The position numbers and the translations under genes are program-made. From Octopus bimaculoides (lineage: Eukaryota): a stretch of DNA of 53,641 nt. The notes below the pieces were generated by a model. That model was not told where the DNA came from. It saw only the letters and a list, made by a program, of their open reading frames with translations, and searched no databases. Location of the stretch: the NCBI RefSeq assembly GCF_001194135.2, contig NC_068986.1, positions 28,609,391 to 28,663,031 on the forward strand. The letters run 5' to 3'. Within the stretch, counting starts at the first letter, position 1. Each line of letters begins with the position of its first letter. Of the stretch, positions 1 through 12,849 are shown piece after piece.

Positions 1-171
1 TATATATACGACAAGCTTCTTTCAGTTTCCGTCTACCAAATCCACTGACAAGGCTATGTCCGACCCGAGAATATAGTAGAAAACACTTGCCGAAGCTGTC
101 ACGCAGTGCGACTGAACCCGGTGCCATGTGGTTGGGAAGTAAGCATCTTACCACACAGCCACTTCTGCGCC
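1..171 (-). mobile_element. SINE family C (tRNA head + CORE-like domain), head and core, cut by window edge
   Basis: Reverse complement reads ggcgcagaagtggctgtgtggtaag...ggttcagtcgcactgcgtg...ggcaagtgttttctactata...gtggatttggtagacggaaactgaaagaag then (TA)n; matches more than ten other copies in the window. Confidence 0.85.
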
Positions 172-864
172 TCTATGTGTATGCATAATATATTTTTCTG
201 CGTGTAAGTTTATGTTTAGTTATGACATATTTTCCGTATGGCGTTCTCAATCTCCGTATTCCTGCATTCTATTCACACACAGCTAAATATATCTGCAAGT
301 GTATTCATTAATTAAATACATCTGAAATACCGAAATACTGTCTTACATATTGATACAGCTAAATGTATTCAATTATATAGATTAGTACTAAATTTGTTAC
401 ATTTCATGTTTCTCTTCAGAATTATCTGTGTTTACCGAGCTAATTTCATAGACGGATACTAAAATTAAGGTTTAATATATGTTGTGTACTTCACTTTTAC
501 ATCAAATTTTAATACTCAGAGAAATACCTTTGTTTTATATGGACAACTAAATATTAGTATTACATAGTATATTCCATAAAATTAATAGCAAACCGTAAGC
601 TGTATTCAATCTGTGTTTTACGATACCATTGTGATTTCTAAAACGTTTTACTCAAATATATTACTTAATGCACTTACACTTAAAAGATATATATATACGG
701 ATGCAAATATGCATGTATGTTGGTATTTGAATTCTTTAAACATACTATGTACGATAAGTTTCAGTAGGATTATTGAGAAGTCACATTTTTGGAAGAAATG
801 TAAAGCTCAAATCTTTGCTTGATTATGCTCTTAATTTTAGCATTTAAATTTTTATCATGTTCGT

Positions 865-942
865 GGAGGCGCAATAGCCCAGTGGTTAGGGCAGCGGACT
901 CGCGGTCATAGGATTGCGGTTTCGATTTCCTGACCGGGCGTT
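865..942 (+). mobile_element. SINE family A, tRNA-like head only
   Basis: ggaggcgcaatagcccagtggttagggcagcggactcgcggtcataggattgcggtttcgatttcc: A-box and B-box-like motifs, same head as the copy at 1182. Confidence 0.85.
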
Positions 943-1181
943 TTATTCTTTTACCTGTTGCAGCCTGTGAGCTGTGGTCATGCTGGAGCACTGCTATTGT
1001 TGTTGCTACGCTTTTCTTAGCATTTGCTTGTTCGATGTTGCTCCCCCATCTCTCGCGTTTCGTGTTGTGACGTAGGTTCATCTGGAATTTCAGAAGATGC
1101 TTTGTTGTTTCTTGAAAACAAACAAATCCACACCAAGTTGATCTCTCAAGCTTTTTAGCCGAATACTATAGATCTGTGTGT

Positions 1182-1565
1182 GGAGGCGCAATGTCCCGGT
1201 GGTTATGGCAGCGGACTCGCGGTCATAGAATCGCGATTTCAATTCCCAGACCGGGCGTTGTGAGTGTTTATTGAGCGAAAACACCTAAAGTTCCACAAGG
1301 CTCCGGCAAGGGATGGTAGCGAGCCCTTCTGTACTCTTTCACCACAACTTTCTCTCACTCTTACTCCCTGTTTCTGCTGTGCCTGTAATTCTAAGGGTCA
1401 GCCTAGGTACACTGCGTCATGCTGAATTTCCCCTTAACTACGTTAAGGGTACACGTGTCTGTGGAGTGCTCAGCCACTTGCACGTTAATTTCACGAGCAG
1501 GCTGTTCCGTTGATCGGATCAACTGGAACCCTCGACGACGTAATCGACGGAGTGCCAACAACAAC
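1182..1565 (+). mobile_element. SINE family A, near full length, (AAC)n tail
   Basis: tRNA-like head, body ...ctacgttaagggtacacgtgtctgtggagtgctcagccacttgcacgttaatttcacgagcagg...gacggagtgccaacaacaac; homologous to 7089-7424 (-) and 25213-25507 (+). Confidence 0.9.
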
Positions 1566-1740
1566 CGAATGAGAGGAATGGGTGAAGCTGTTTAGACGTT
1601 GACGAACTGGCACTGCTGAGGGGACAAACCAACGTGTCTTGGCGAAGTACGCGTTAGCGCTGGCGACAAACACACGCGTGCGCAAAGAAATTAAATGCAT
1701 GCATACGGAAATGGAGTGTGAGGAGTGTGACAGAAAGGGT

Positions 1741-1742
<2 letters not shown>

Positions 1743-1787
<45 letters not shown>
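1743..1787. repeat. (AG)n microsatellite
   Basis: Pure GA dinucleotide run. Confidence 0.95.
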
Positions 1788-1790
<3 letters not shown>

Positions 1791-2040
1791 TGAAGAGACA
1801 GGGGAAAGAAAGGGAGAGAGGGAAACATTAAAACGTCTGATATCAAATAAATCAGCGTCGAATCAGTAACGCCAGATAAACCTCGACAAGATGGCTATGC
1901 CAAAACGTCCCATGTTAATAGTATCTCTTCTTGATTCAAAATATGCGTGAAAACCCCATACAAACACATATACACATACAAGTACTCAAACACACGCACA
2001 CACGAATGTATAATAATAAAGGTTATTCTGTTTTTTTCCT

Positions 2041-2435
2041 TCTCTTTTACTTGTTTCAGTCATTTGCTTGCAGCCATGCTGGAGCATCGCCTTCAAGGAT
2101 TTTAGTCGAACAAATCGACCTCTGGACTTATTATTTTTTTTAGAGCCTTGTATTTATTCTATCGGTCACTTTTGATGAACCGCCAGGTTACGGGGACATA
2201 AGCACACCAATACCAGTTGTCAAGCGGTGATGGTCGTGGTGGGGGAAACACAGACACAAAGACACACAAACATAGATATATATACTCATATATACGACGG
2301 GCTTCTTCTAGTTTCATTCTACCAAATCCACTCACAAGGCTTTAGTAGAAAACATTCGCCGAAGATACCACACAGTAAGACTGAACCCAGAACCATCTGG
2401 TTGGGAAGCAAGCTTCTTACCACACAGCCACACCT
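2041..2435 (-). mobile_element. SINE family C, full length with internal CA/TA microsatellite
   Basis: Head, CORE-like domain, internal SSR at about 2248-2295, middle segment, and tail ...tgctccagcatggctgcaagcaaatgactgaaacaagtaaaagaga. Confidence 0.9.
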
Positions 2436-2981
2436 TATCCTTTTTTCAGCATTCCTTTTAACTACATGATTTCACTAGAAACAATACTATTGTATTCTTA
2501 TTCCTTACATGATTAATCGTTCATAATTAATCATCAGCATGATTAATCTTTACCTTACATGATTAATCTTTACCTTCAAATGTACATTGTGTATTTTTCT
2601 GTTTTATCTTGTCTCTTGGACGATATCACACCTGGTTTACTGTGATAAGTGCTTATATGACTTCAAAGATTATTCAACAGAATTTTTGCTCCCCGGCAAA
2701 ATGTTATCATATTTTGAGAATTTCGGCATCAAATGCATTTCAGCAATTCAGTATCGACTTGTATTGAGGAAGCGTTTTTCCGTTTCGTATAAATACTTCA
2801 GAATGATATTTTCTTTTTATCACGGGTAGCATAAGCCGTCGGGTGAAGTTTAGAGCCTCAGTTTAAACGATGTTTGTAATCATTTTCGTCTGTGCTTTTA
2901 GTGCCGAATCTCTACTTAAGAATATATTGTTACTCTTGAAATTACTTTACAATACAAAATATGTATAGATATGTGTGTGTG

Positions 2982-3034
<53 letters not shown>

Positions 3035-5934
3035 NNNNNNNNNNNNNNNNNNNNNNNNNNNNNNNNNNNNNNNNNNNNNNNNNNNNNNNNNNNNNNNNNN
3101 NNNNNNNNNNNNNNNNNNNNNNNNNNNNNNNNTATACAGACATATATATATATATACATTCATACACACACAAACACGCACATTATGTGTGTGTGTGTGA
3201 AGTAAAAAGTATGTTTTGATTTTATCAAATGTATGTTTGGGATGTGTGCAATATTCTGTCAATTTTGTTTATAAAGCAACATCAATATTATGTTTAGAGG
3301 ATTACTTTGCATCATATACAAACACACACACACAGACACACACACATATCTATATATGTGTCTATAATGCAAATTATATACATGTACACACACACACTCA
3401 CACAAACCTGTACATATGATTGTGTGTATATATGTATCGATACACACATACACGCACATATATATATACATATGAACACACGCACATGTATACATCGTAC
3501 ACATACGCACATACATACATTATACAGACACAAACGTATATATATATATATATATGTTTATGAAGACAAATTGACAGGCACACACACACACACACACACA
3601 TACGCATGTACNNNNNNNNNNNNNNNNNNNNNNNNNNNNNNNNNNNNNNNNNNNNNNNNNNNNNNNNNNNNNNNNNNNNNNNNNNNNNNNNNNNNNNNNN
3701 NNNNNNNNNNNNNNNNNNNNNNNNNNNNNNNNNNNNNNNNNNNNNNNNNNNNNNNNNNNNNNNNNNNNNNNNNNNNNNNNNNNNNNNNNNNNNNNNNNNN
3801 NNNNNNNNNNNNNNNNNNNNNNNNNNNNNNNNNNNNNNNNNNNNNNNNNNNNNNNNNNNNNNNNNNNNNNNNNNNNNNNNNNNNNNNNNNNNNNNNNNNN
3901 NNNNNNNNNNNNNNNNNNNNNNNNNNNNNNNNNNNNNNNNNNNNNNNNNNNNNNNNNNNNNNNNNNNNNNNNNNNNNNNNNNNNNNNNNNNNNNNNNNNN
4001 NNNNNNNNNNNNNNNNNNNNNNNNNNNNNNNNNNNNNNNNNNNNNNNNNNNNNNNNNNNNNNNNNNNNNNNNNNNNNNNNNNNNNNNNNNNNNNNNNNNN
4101 NNNNNNNNNNNNNNNNNNNNNNNNNNNNNNNNNNNNNNNNNNNNNNNNNNNNNNNNNNNNNNNNNNNNNNNNNNNNNNNNNNNNNNNNNNNNNNNNNNNN
4201 NNNNNNNNNNNNNNNNNNNNNNNNNNNNNNNNNNNNNNNNNNNNNNNNNNNNNNNNNNNNNNNNNNNNNNNNNNNNNNNNNNNNNNNNNNNNNNNNNNNN
4301 NNNNNNNNNNNNNNNNNNNNNNNNNNNNNNNNNNNNNNNNNNNNNNNNNNNNNNNNNNNNNNNNNNNNNNNNNNNNNNNNNNNNNNNNNNNNNNNNNNNN
4401 NNNNNNNNNNNNNNNNNNNNNNNNNNNNNNNNNNNNNNNNNNNNNNNNNNNNNNNNNNNNNNNNNNNNNNNNNNNNNNNNNNNNNNNNNNNNNNNNNNNN
4501 NNNNNNNNNNNNNNNNNNNNNNNNNNNNNNNNNNNNNNNNNNNNNNNNACACACACACACACACACACACACACATATTTCTATCCAGCAGAAGTCATAC
4601 ACAGGTACACATGTTGCTTGTAAAGAGATACACTTATAGTTGTTTATATATTATTACATACAAAATTGCACCACATGCACACATACATATATATATGCGT
4701 ATATATATATAATGTGTATGTGTGTATAACTATATTTCTATACAAATAGATATATGTGCATAGGCATATATCTATATGAATATATATACACACACGCACA
4801 CACACATATATATATTTATGTATATGTGTTTGTGTGTGTGTGCAGAAAGATATTTATATATCTTTATATAATCTACACACATATTTTGCCTTTATGCGAC
4901 GTTGTATACAAAATCACTGACATTAAATAGAAGCTTCACTTTAGTACATCATACACATACATACATATATGCATACATGCTTACATACATACATACATAC
5001 ATACATACATGTATATACGTACTTGTTTATTTACGTGTACATATATACAGGCACGCACACATACACACACACACAGAATGAACTAACATCTAGCAGTATG
5101 GCTAGCTGTCACCAAGGATGACACAAGTGTGCTCCACACTCTAATTCTAAGTGTACTGGAATACTACCAAATACTAACCACAACAATCGAACTCGTAATG
5201 TTGCTCATGAATTCGCTGAGGATGATGTTCAGTGGAGGGAATTTCACCACAGAATGACGTTGTTCTGTTTGTGCCAGCCACGAACCTACTGCTGGGTGTG
5301 ATCGGAAGAAAATAGTCGGAAAGACCTGAAAGCGATGACAACATAAGTTACCCAGTCTACAGGATCATCATAAGTGACATAACGGTCACAACATCGTCAA
5401 TGCAAGGGACAAAGCAGATACTGATATCACTGCAAAAGATGGTCACATATATGTATGTATATGTATGCTGTACAAAATCCTCGAGCCTGACAATCCTGGA
5501 ATGACGGCTTACTAATATCATCGTCAGCAATCTGAGCTCTAGGATTCCAACAATGGAAGAAAAAGGAACCTGTTGCTTTTAAAAATATGATCATACCATT
5601 AACGACAATGCCAATGCGAAAAACTCCAAGACTGAACTAAACAATTGGCTGAAGGCTGTTATGGTGCTTCTAGGATGGCGTCATGCTTAGACTATAGTGG
5701 CCATTCTTTTCACTCGTGCAAGGGTGGGTGAACATTCCCCCAACTTCCCGCTCGATCAATCTGTTCAGTAAGAGATTGAAATGTCAAGGAATTGGAAAAC
5801 AAGAATCATTCCATACGAATAGATATGTAAAATAACTAATTATTAAAGACAGTGTTGGTCAAATAGTAGTCCGTGAAACGCGCATGATACACATAAAGAA
5901 TGATCATCAAAGATTCTTCCCCAGGCATACGCAC

Positions 5935-6097
5935 ATAAAGCCTGTTTCCCAGATTATGCGGCGTATATATTCCACCATTCCACCCTGGACGGGGCACCTT
6001 CCCGTTGTAGGATAGCTCATGTCACCTGATCCAAGAATCGAAACCATAATCTTACGATTATGAGTATCACACCCTAACCACTAAACCACGTGCCTCC
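5935..6097 (-). mobile_element. SINE family D (tRNA head + V-domain-like body), internally deleted
   Basis: Minus strand ggaggcacgtggtttagtggttaggg...ggtttcgattc... then ...gccccgtccagggtggaatgg; homologous to 52872-53100. Confidence 0.7.
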
Positions 6098-6930
6098 ACA
6101 CACACACGCACAAACATACATTTATTCATATGTGTATGTGTGTGGATATATACATACATATATGTGCATGTGTGTAAGCAGAGAGAAAAGGGGAGAGAAA
6201 GTGAGAGGAGAAAAAGATAAAGAAAGAAAGATAAAAAGGAAAAAGCCAGAGATGTATGTTCATAGTTTCTCAATAAAGCCTGTAGTGCGATACGATCAAC
6301 ATTTATTGGAAATTAAATAGGTTTTCGTCTCTATGAAATTTCAAATACGACAATGTGCTTATCTTACCACCATTTAACTGTTCATTTTGATAGATATTTA
6401 AATTTTAATCCAATCTCGTTGTTGAGAAATGCATATCTTTAATGCGTTGACGCTGAATGCATTGCTTGCTTGATGATTTACTTGTAAATGAAAAGCAGGC
6501 GTAGTTTTGTGAGGCTTTTACAGGCTGCATTTCTCAAGTAAAATGGCTGAAATGTAATGCCTTGAGTTTAAATCTGTATTACATGTTTCCGTGCCTAACT
6601 ACACGCCTCGCTTCTCTTTGGTGTTAAAGAGAAACAACTGAGAGTTGGGAAATATGACTAGTAATGTATTGGCCCTCTAAGCACAAGAATTTTATATCTC
6701 AGCCTTTCAGCACTATAAAACTAAACGTAATAATAATGATAAATACAACAACATCAACAACAATAATGGTTGTAGGTAAAGAGGCAACTAAATTATCTGA
6801 ACTGCTTTAGCTACCTTTCATAAGAAATTTGTGTTATGATGAGAAATGTTTGCTTATTCGATTTAAGTAAGGATCAAGTGATATTTGAACTGACGTTTAA
6901 GCTAAATGGCAGATTTAAAATGTTTTTCAC

Positions 6931-7035
6931 GAGCTCTAGGACTCATAAGACCGGTTGCCCATTTTCTATGGGTATAAGTGATCGACGAAATTCCTCTCCT
7001 TGAACGGGACGCTGGTCCATTGCAGAGTAGAGTTA
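6931..7035 (-). mobile_element. SINE family D, 3' fragment
   Basis: Minus strand ctgcaatggaccagcgtcccgttcaagg...atagaaaatgggcaaccggtcttatgagtcc resembles the V-like segment and tail of 52872-53100. Confidence 0.6.
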
Positions 7036-7088
7036 AATGGTGGATTACACCAAGTTATGCTATTTTAGTGGATACAATATTCTGATTT

Positions 7089-7424
7089 GTTGTTGTTGTT
7101 GGCACTCCGTCGCTTACGACGTCGAGGGTTCAAGTTGATCAGATCAACGGAACAGCCTGCTCGTGAAATTAACGTACAAGTGGCTGAGCACTCCACAGAC
7201 ACGTGTACCCTTAACGTAGTTCTCGGGGGAGATTCAGCATGACACAGTGTGACAAGGCTGACCCTTTGAATTACAGGCACAACAGAAACAAAAAGTTGTG
7301 GTGAAAGAGTACAGCAGGGTTCGCCACCATCCCCGGCCGGAGCCTCGTGGAGCTTTAGGTATTTTCGCTCAATAAACACTCACAACGCCCGGTCTGGGAA
7401 TCGAAACCGCGATCCTATGACCGT
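7089..7424 (-). mobile_element. SINE family A, head truncated by gap
   Basis: Reverse complement of the 1182-1565 copy, with (AAC)n tail. Confidence 0.9.
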
Positions 7425-8129
7425 NNNNNNNNNNNNNNNNNNNNNNNNNNNNNNNNNNNNNNNNNNNNNNNNNNNNNNNNNNNNNNNNNNNNNNNNNNNN
7501 NNNNNNNNNNNNNNNNNNNNNNNNNNNNNNNNNNNNNNNNNNNNNNNNNNNNNNNNNNNNNNNNNNNNNNNNNNNNNNNNNNNNNNNNNNNNNNNNNNNN
7601 NNNNNNNNNNNNNNNNNNNNNNNNNNNNNNNNNNNNNNNNNNNNNNNNNNNNNNNNNNNNNNNNNNNNNNNNNNNNNNNNNNNNNNNNNNNNNNNNNNNN
7701 NNNNNNNNNNNNNNNNNNNNNNNNNNNNNNNNNNNNNNNNNNNNNNNNNNNNNNNNNNNNNNNNNNNNNNNNNNNNNNNNNNNNNNNNNNNNNNNNNNNN
7801 NNNNNNNNNNNNNNNNNNNNNNNNNNNNNNNNNNNNNNNNNNNNNNNNNNNNNNNNNNNNNNNNNNNNNNNNNNNNNNNNNNNNNNNNNNNNNNNNNNNN
7901 NNNNNNNNNNNNNNNNNNNNNNNNNNNNNNNNNNNNNNNNNNNNNNNNNNNNNNNNNNNNNNNNNNNNNNNNNNNNNNNNNNNNNNNNNNNNNNNNNNNN
8001 NNNNNNNNNNNNNNNNNNNNNNNNNNNNNNNNNNNNNNNNNNNNNNNNNNNNNNNNNNNNNNNNNNGTCATTTATAAATATATGTGCGCGTGTGTATGCG
8101 CACGCGCGTGTATATATGTATATATGTGT

Positions 8130-8167
8130 GTGTGTTTTCCCCTGCCACCGCTGGAAAACCGGTGTTG

Positions 8168-8201
<34 letters not shown>

Positions 8202-8286
8202 TGCGATCGATTCGTTCTTCATGGTGGTGCCCAAGCTTGGCCACAGCCTCAAAACTGTAACAAGTACAAGATAAAAGAAGATAAAA
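8130..8286 (+). mobile_element. SINE family C, degenerate 3' half
   Basis: gtgttttcccc...ccggtgttggtg (TA)n ...ggtggtgcccaagcttggccacagcc...aacaagtacaagataaaaga. Confidence 0.6.
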
Positions 8287-9023
8287 ATATATACACGTGT
8301 GTGTGTGTGTGTAGATACAAATGATTCATTCACTATTCGTGTCACTTTATTTTTCTATCTGCCACTCAAATCTTTTGCCGGTCTTATTTTACGCACATCA
8401 AATTTTCGCACTGCAGTTTACGTCGTATGCTGTGAGTCTTCGTTCTTTACACATGCCTTTGATGAGAATCAATTTATTAACATTACAACATCATTGCATC
8501 CCATTTGCTGGAATGACTTACCATTCTTCTCATCCATTTTATCCTTATCTTTACCTTTATCTTATTCCTGGTGATTTACGCGCACCTTACACACTCATTA
8601 TAACAAATAACGCTATATTTATGTATTTATTTATTTATTTACTTACCAAATATACTTTTGAAAATTTTTCCTTTAAAATTGCTATAAATTAAACCTTTTA
8701 TAATTATGTGTTATTCATTATCCAGACACTATTTCTGATTCCTTTATATAAATATAATTAATAACTCCTAATTAACTTTACACCACTCAGTTATTAATTA
8801 TAACGATTCATCTTTAATATTTCAATAAATTTCTATCGGAATAATTACCTCTGGTTTCCCCCTTATCTATTCAACAAGCCACTTTATTTACATTAATTCT
8901 GTTTATGCTAAAAATTTGAATTTTCAAACTCCTCTATTCAAGGTTCTGATAGGAAAACGGTTATTATTCTAGCACCACGTGCATTCAAACTCCCACTCCA
9001 CTTGCTCTCCTATATTCCTTTGT

Positions 9024-9095
9024 AGTTCTTCTTCTTCTTCTTCTTCTTCTTCTTCTTCTTCTTCTTCTTCTTCTTCTTCTTCTTCTTCTTCTTCA
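9024..9095. repeat. (TTC)n microsatellite
   Basis: Pure trinucleotide run. Confidence 0.95.
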
Positions 9096-9188
9096 ACCCT
9101 GCCCTTCTCTTTTTGAATTTCCTTTAATTTTATCGGCTGATACCTTTTCATCTATAGAACAAATGCTACCATATTTATCTAAACAGTC

Positions 9189-9228
9189 AATTCTGACGAG
9201 GTCATCGGTCCGAAACAATACTGCAATT
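9189..9228 (+). ncRNA. Decayed minimal type I hammerhead ribozyme motif
   Basis: AATT CTGACGA GGTC ATCG GTCC GAAACA ATAC TG-C AATT: intact CUGACGA and GAAA core, helix II with one U-U mismatch, U16.1 apparently deleted. Confidence 0.45.
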
Positions 9229-9679
9229 TGCAAATTGCACTTAAACAAACGCAAATTACTTCGCTTTTGACGGTATCAGTAATTTATTTATATAATGAAT
9301 TTTTTTTATCGCTATGAACGAGCGTATAGAGACAGACATGCATGCATACATACATACATACATACATACATAAACACACACATACACGAACGCACACACA
9401 CAAACACACATACATTTTGTTTTGAATTGTATCTCGAAGTACATAAATACTATAAATATTATGTGCTTCGAGATCTTATTCCAAACAAAAATTATTTCAC
9501 GATCTCTCGAAACCTTTCAAATTCTTATAACGTCAATATATATATATTAATTAATTAATGTAAATATATTAATTAATTAATTTACCATATCTGTTTCGTA
9601 TAGCCGAAACAGTTGCTAGCTAACGAGTGCGATTTTGTCGCTCATTTTATTTTTCTCATTGATTGATTAATTAATATTC

Positions 9680-9885
9680 TTTTCTACTCAAGGCACAAGG
9701 CCCGAAATTTTGGGGTAGGGGGAAGGGATCTAGTCGATTAGATCGGTCCCAGTACGCGACTGGTACTTAATTTATCGACCCCGAAAGTCAACTTCGGCAG
9801 AATTTGAACTCAGAACGTAAAGACAGACGAAATACCGCTAAGCATTTTGCCCGGCGTGCTAACGTTTCTGCCAGCTCGCGACCTT
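9680..9885 (-). mobile_element. SINE family B (tRNA-like head + Meta/MESC-like central domain)
   Basis: Reverse complement of the ggcgagctggcagaaacgttagcacgccgggc...gttcaaattc...gggtcgataaattaagtaccagt family; flanked by ttgattaatta (9663-9673 and 9884-9894). Confidence 0.85.
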
Positions 9886-9916
9886 GATTAATTATTCATT
9901 AATATTACATACTGTA

Positions 9917-10131
9917 TTAAGATGGTGAGCTGACAGAATCATCACCGCACTGGACAAAATGCTTAGAAGCATTTCGTCCATCATTACGTTCCCAATTGAA
10001 ATTTCGTCGAGGCAAACTTTGCCTTTCTTCCTTTCGGTGTCGATAAAATAAGTGCTAATTGAGCATTGGGGTCGATTTAATCGACTTGGCCCCTTCCACA
10101 AAACTGCTGGCCTTGTGCCAAAATTGGAAGC
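9917..10131 (+). mobile_element. SINE family B with 17-bp TSD
   Basis: TSD taatattacatactgta at 9900-9916 and 10132-10148. Confidence 0.9.
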
Positions 10132-10150
10132 TAATATTACATACTGTACG

Positions 10151-10350
10151 AAGGCAGCGAGCTGGCAAAATCGTTAAGAATGCCGAACAGACTGTTTCGC
10201 GGCATTTCGTCCGTTTTCACTTTCCTAGTTCAAAACCCGTCGAGTCGATTTTCCCTTTCATTCTTTCGGAATCAATAAAATAAGTACCAATCGACTTACT
10301 TACTTACCTTCTTTCCCCCGAGACTGCTGTCCTTGTGCCGAAATTTGTAT
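10151..10350 (+). mobile_element. SINE family B, diverged copy
   Basis: aaggcagcgagctggcaaaatcgtta...ccctttcattctttcggaatcaataaaataagtacc...ctgctgtccttgtgccgaaattt. Confidence 0.8.
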
Positions 10351-11081
10351 TGATCTTGAGTTCCATATAACTACTCATAGCAGAAAATGTCTGACAGAAA
10401 CTTCATATAACTATCCAGAGGAGAAAATGTCTGACCTCCTCACTGTTGAGGTGACGGGGGTAACGTCATATGAAGTACCTTACTCGAATCGCCAAAACAC
10501 CATCACTAGTCCAGAACTGGGAACCACATTATCGTCGGGCACAATTAAATTCACGACCAGTTCTCTGCATCATACACACTCACAAATACATATACACTCA
10601 AATACAAAATGTGTCGTCGTCATGGTATAAAATGTCCTAACGAATGCGCAAACATACACACACTCAGACACATACACACTCATATACAAAATGTGTGGTG
10701 GTGGTGGTGGTGGTGGTCATCGTCGTCGTGGTATAAAATGTCCTTTACTATAAATGACCCCAGAAAGATTATTTTCGAGAAAATATTATATTGTTTTAAT
10801 GCAAATGAAAATAAAAATTACATGTTGATACTCGTGGGGTCTAATACTATTACCTTGTAAAGTTTGAGTTGATGATTTGATCTGGTGGAGCCGTGGATAC
10901 AGAGACAGATAGACAAAACATTTATATATAGAGAAGATTAGCATGATATATATAGAGGATGGTAGAGGTTTGCTCCACCTACGAACAATAGAGACGTACC
11001 AATAACGAGCTGGACGAGAATCTGCCTGGGGTTGAACTAGTATTAAACTTAACAGCCACTCTGACGTGTTGACTGGCTTTA

Positions 11082-11130
<49 letters not shown>

Positions 11131-11908
11131 TAGCTTTCAAATGGTATAGTTGTACGAAATATTCCATTATGGTATGTGAAATGAATCGAGACACAAGTAT
11201 ACACATATGTGTATACAAGCAAATATATCTTTTTCAAATACACACATATATGTATGGATATAGATATGTCTATTTATATGTTTGCCAATTTTTAAATACG
11301 TATGCATTAGTAAATATGATATACATAGGTATATATTAGATGTACATACACACACACACACAGATATTACGTCGCTGTATGTATGCACAGGCATGTACGT
11401 ATGTAAGTATATATATATATATTTATAGGAAGATAGAAAATAGACTAATACATACATACTTCCAGTCATGCATACACACACACACCTACACACACACATA
11501 CACACACACACACATACACTCAAATACAAACAGACTTGCATGTTTATACACAAGATCGATCATACTGAAAATATTTGGCAAAATGCAGTAATAAATATTT
11601 GAAGAGAAATACATATTCAAACGTAATAAAAGACTAATTGATGGATTGAACAAGATGTCAGCAAACTGCTACAGGATTCGGGCATAAAAAAATAGATATT
11701 ATAAAATAGAAGCATTAAAAATGAAAAAAACGTCTATGATAGACAACAGAACAAATTCACATGAGGAAAATTAGTGTTCAACAGACAGATGGCTAGCATT
11801 TAAATACAGAATTGTTGGAGCGAAGATATCGTTCTTTTTTTTTTCTTTCCAGGAGAGAGAAAACTAGAGAAGCCAACGAAATAGACAGACGAATACAATG
11901 AGAGGCAG

Positions 11909-11975
<67 letters not shown>

Positions 11976-12460
11976 AAGAACGACTGACAGGAGAGATACA
12001 GTGATATGTGAGCGATTTCAATTGATAAGAAATAGATATAACTTTTTTAAAAAGAAGAGCCGGTTGCAATGATTTTCAAATCATTCTTATTTTCCGTAGT
12101 ACTTTTTCGGGATCTGACGACTAATAGAATGAGTGATATTTCAGGAACGAAGAACAAATGTATAAATGCGTTCATGTTTATTACCAACATATGCATACGT
12201 ACACACAAATTTATGTATGCATATATACATACACACACACACATATATATATGGGGGTTTAAGATGTTATCGCTGGAGTTCACTCTTAAATATAGAATAT
12301 TACAATTACATGCAACACCAAATGGTGTAATGTAACGTGATGAAGTTATGCAAATGATATATAAATTAATAATATATAAGTGTGTGTATTACAACCGAGT
12401 TTGTAATCAATGAATTCTCTTGTAATGAATATCCTGATGAGCTTGCATTATATTTATAAT

Positions 12461-12607
12461 CGCAGGCGTGGCTGTGCGGCAAGGAATTTACTCTCCAATC
12501 ACGTGCTTCCAGTTTCAATCCCACTGGGTCGTATTTTGGCTAAATGTCCTCTCCTCTAGACTTCAACTTGCCAAATCCCTCGAAAGTGGATTTGGCAAAC
12601 GGAAACT
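12461..12607 (+). mobile_element. SINE family C, head and core, diverged
   Basis: cgcaggcgtggctgtgcgg...gtttcaatcccactg...gtggatttggcaaacggaaact. Confidence 0.75.
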
Positions 12608-12849
12608 CTATGTATGAATGTATGCAAGAATTTTATAAACTTCTGATAGAAAATTAAATAATTCTTTTTTGAATAGTATATTTCGAATTACATATGTAAA
12701 GCTATAGATAATAGCATTTAAATATTATGCTGATAGACCGATTTGGATAGAAAAAGTCGGAAGCTGCTCGTAGGAGTCTTCTGTAGAACGGCTGTCATGT
12801 TTACAGGAAATGTAACTTTTCGACCTAATACTAATATGATATAAAACCG

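Noticed and set aside
865-942. tRNA gene
   Set aside because: No proper acceptor or anticodon stems; identical to the SINE A head
5310-5452. piggyBac-like N-terminal word ITAKDGHIY
   Set aside because: Single short motif, with no TTAA/TIR or catalytic domain
9592-9613. Small hairpin ctgtttcg/cgaaacag
   Set aside because: Too short and lacks a CUGANGA core; could be chance
11832-11897. Strong polypyrimidine acceptor followed by ERKLEANEIDRRIQ*
   Set aside because: No upstream partner exon or homology; poly-T acceptor-like tracts are common here
12433-12467. CTGATGA followed by a hairpin (possible hammerhead)
   Set aside because: No GAAA; the 3' arm is the start of a family C SINE
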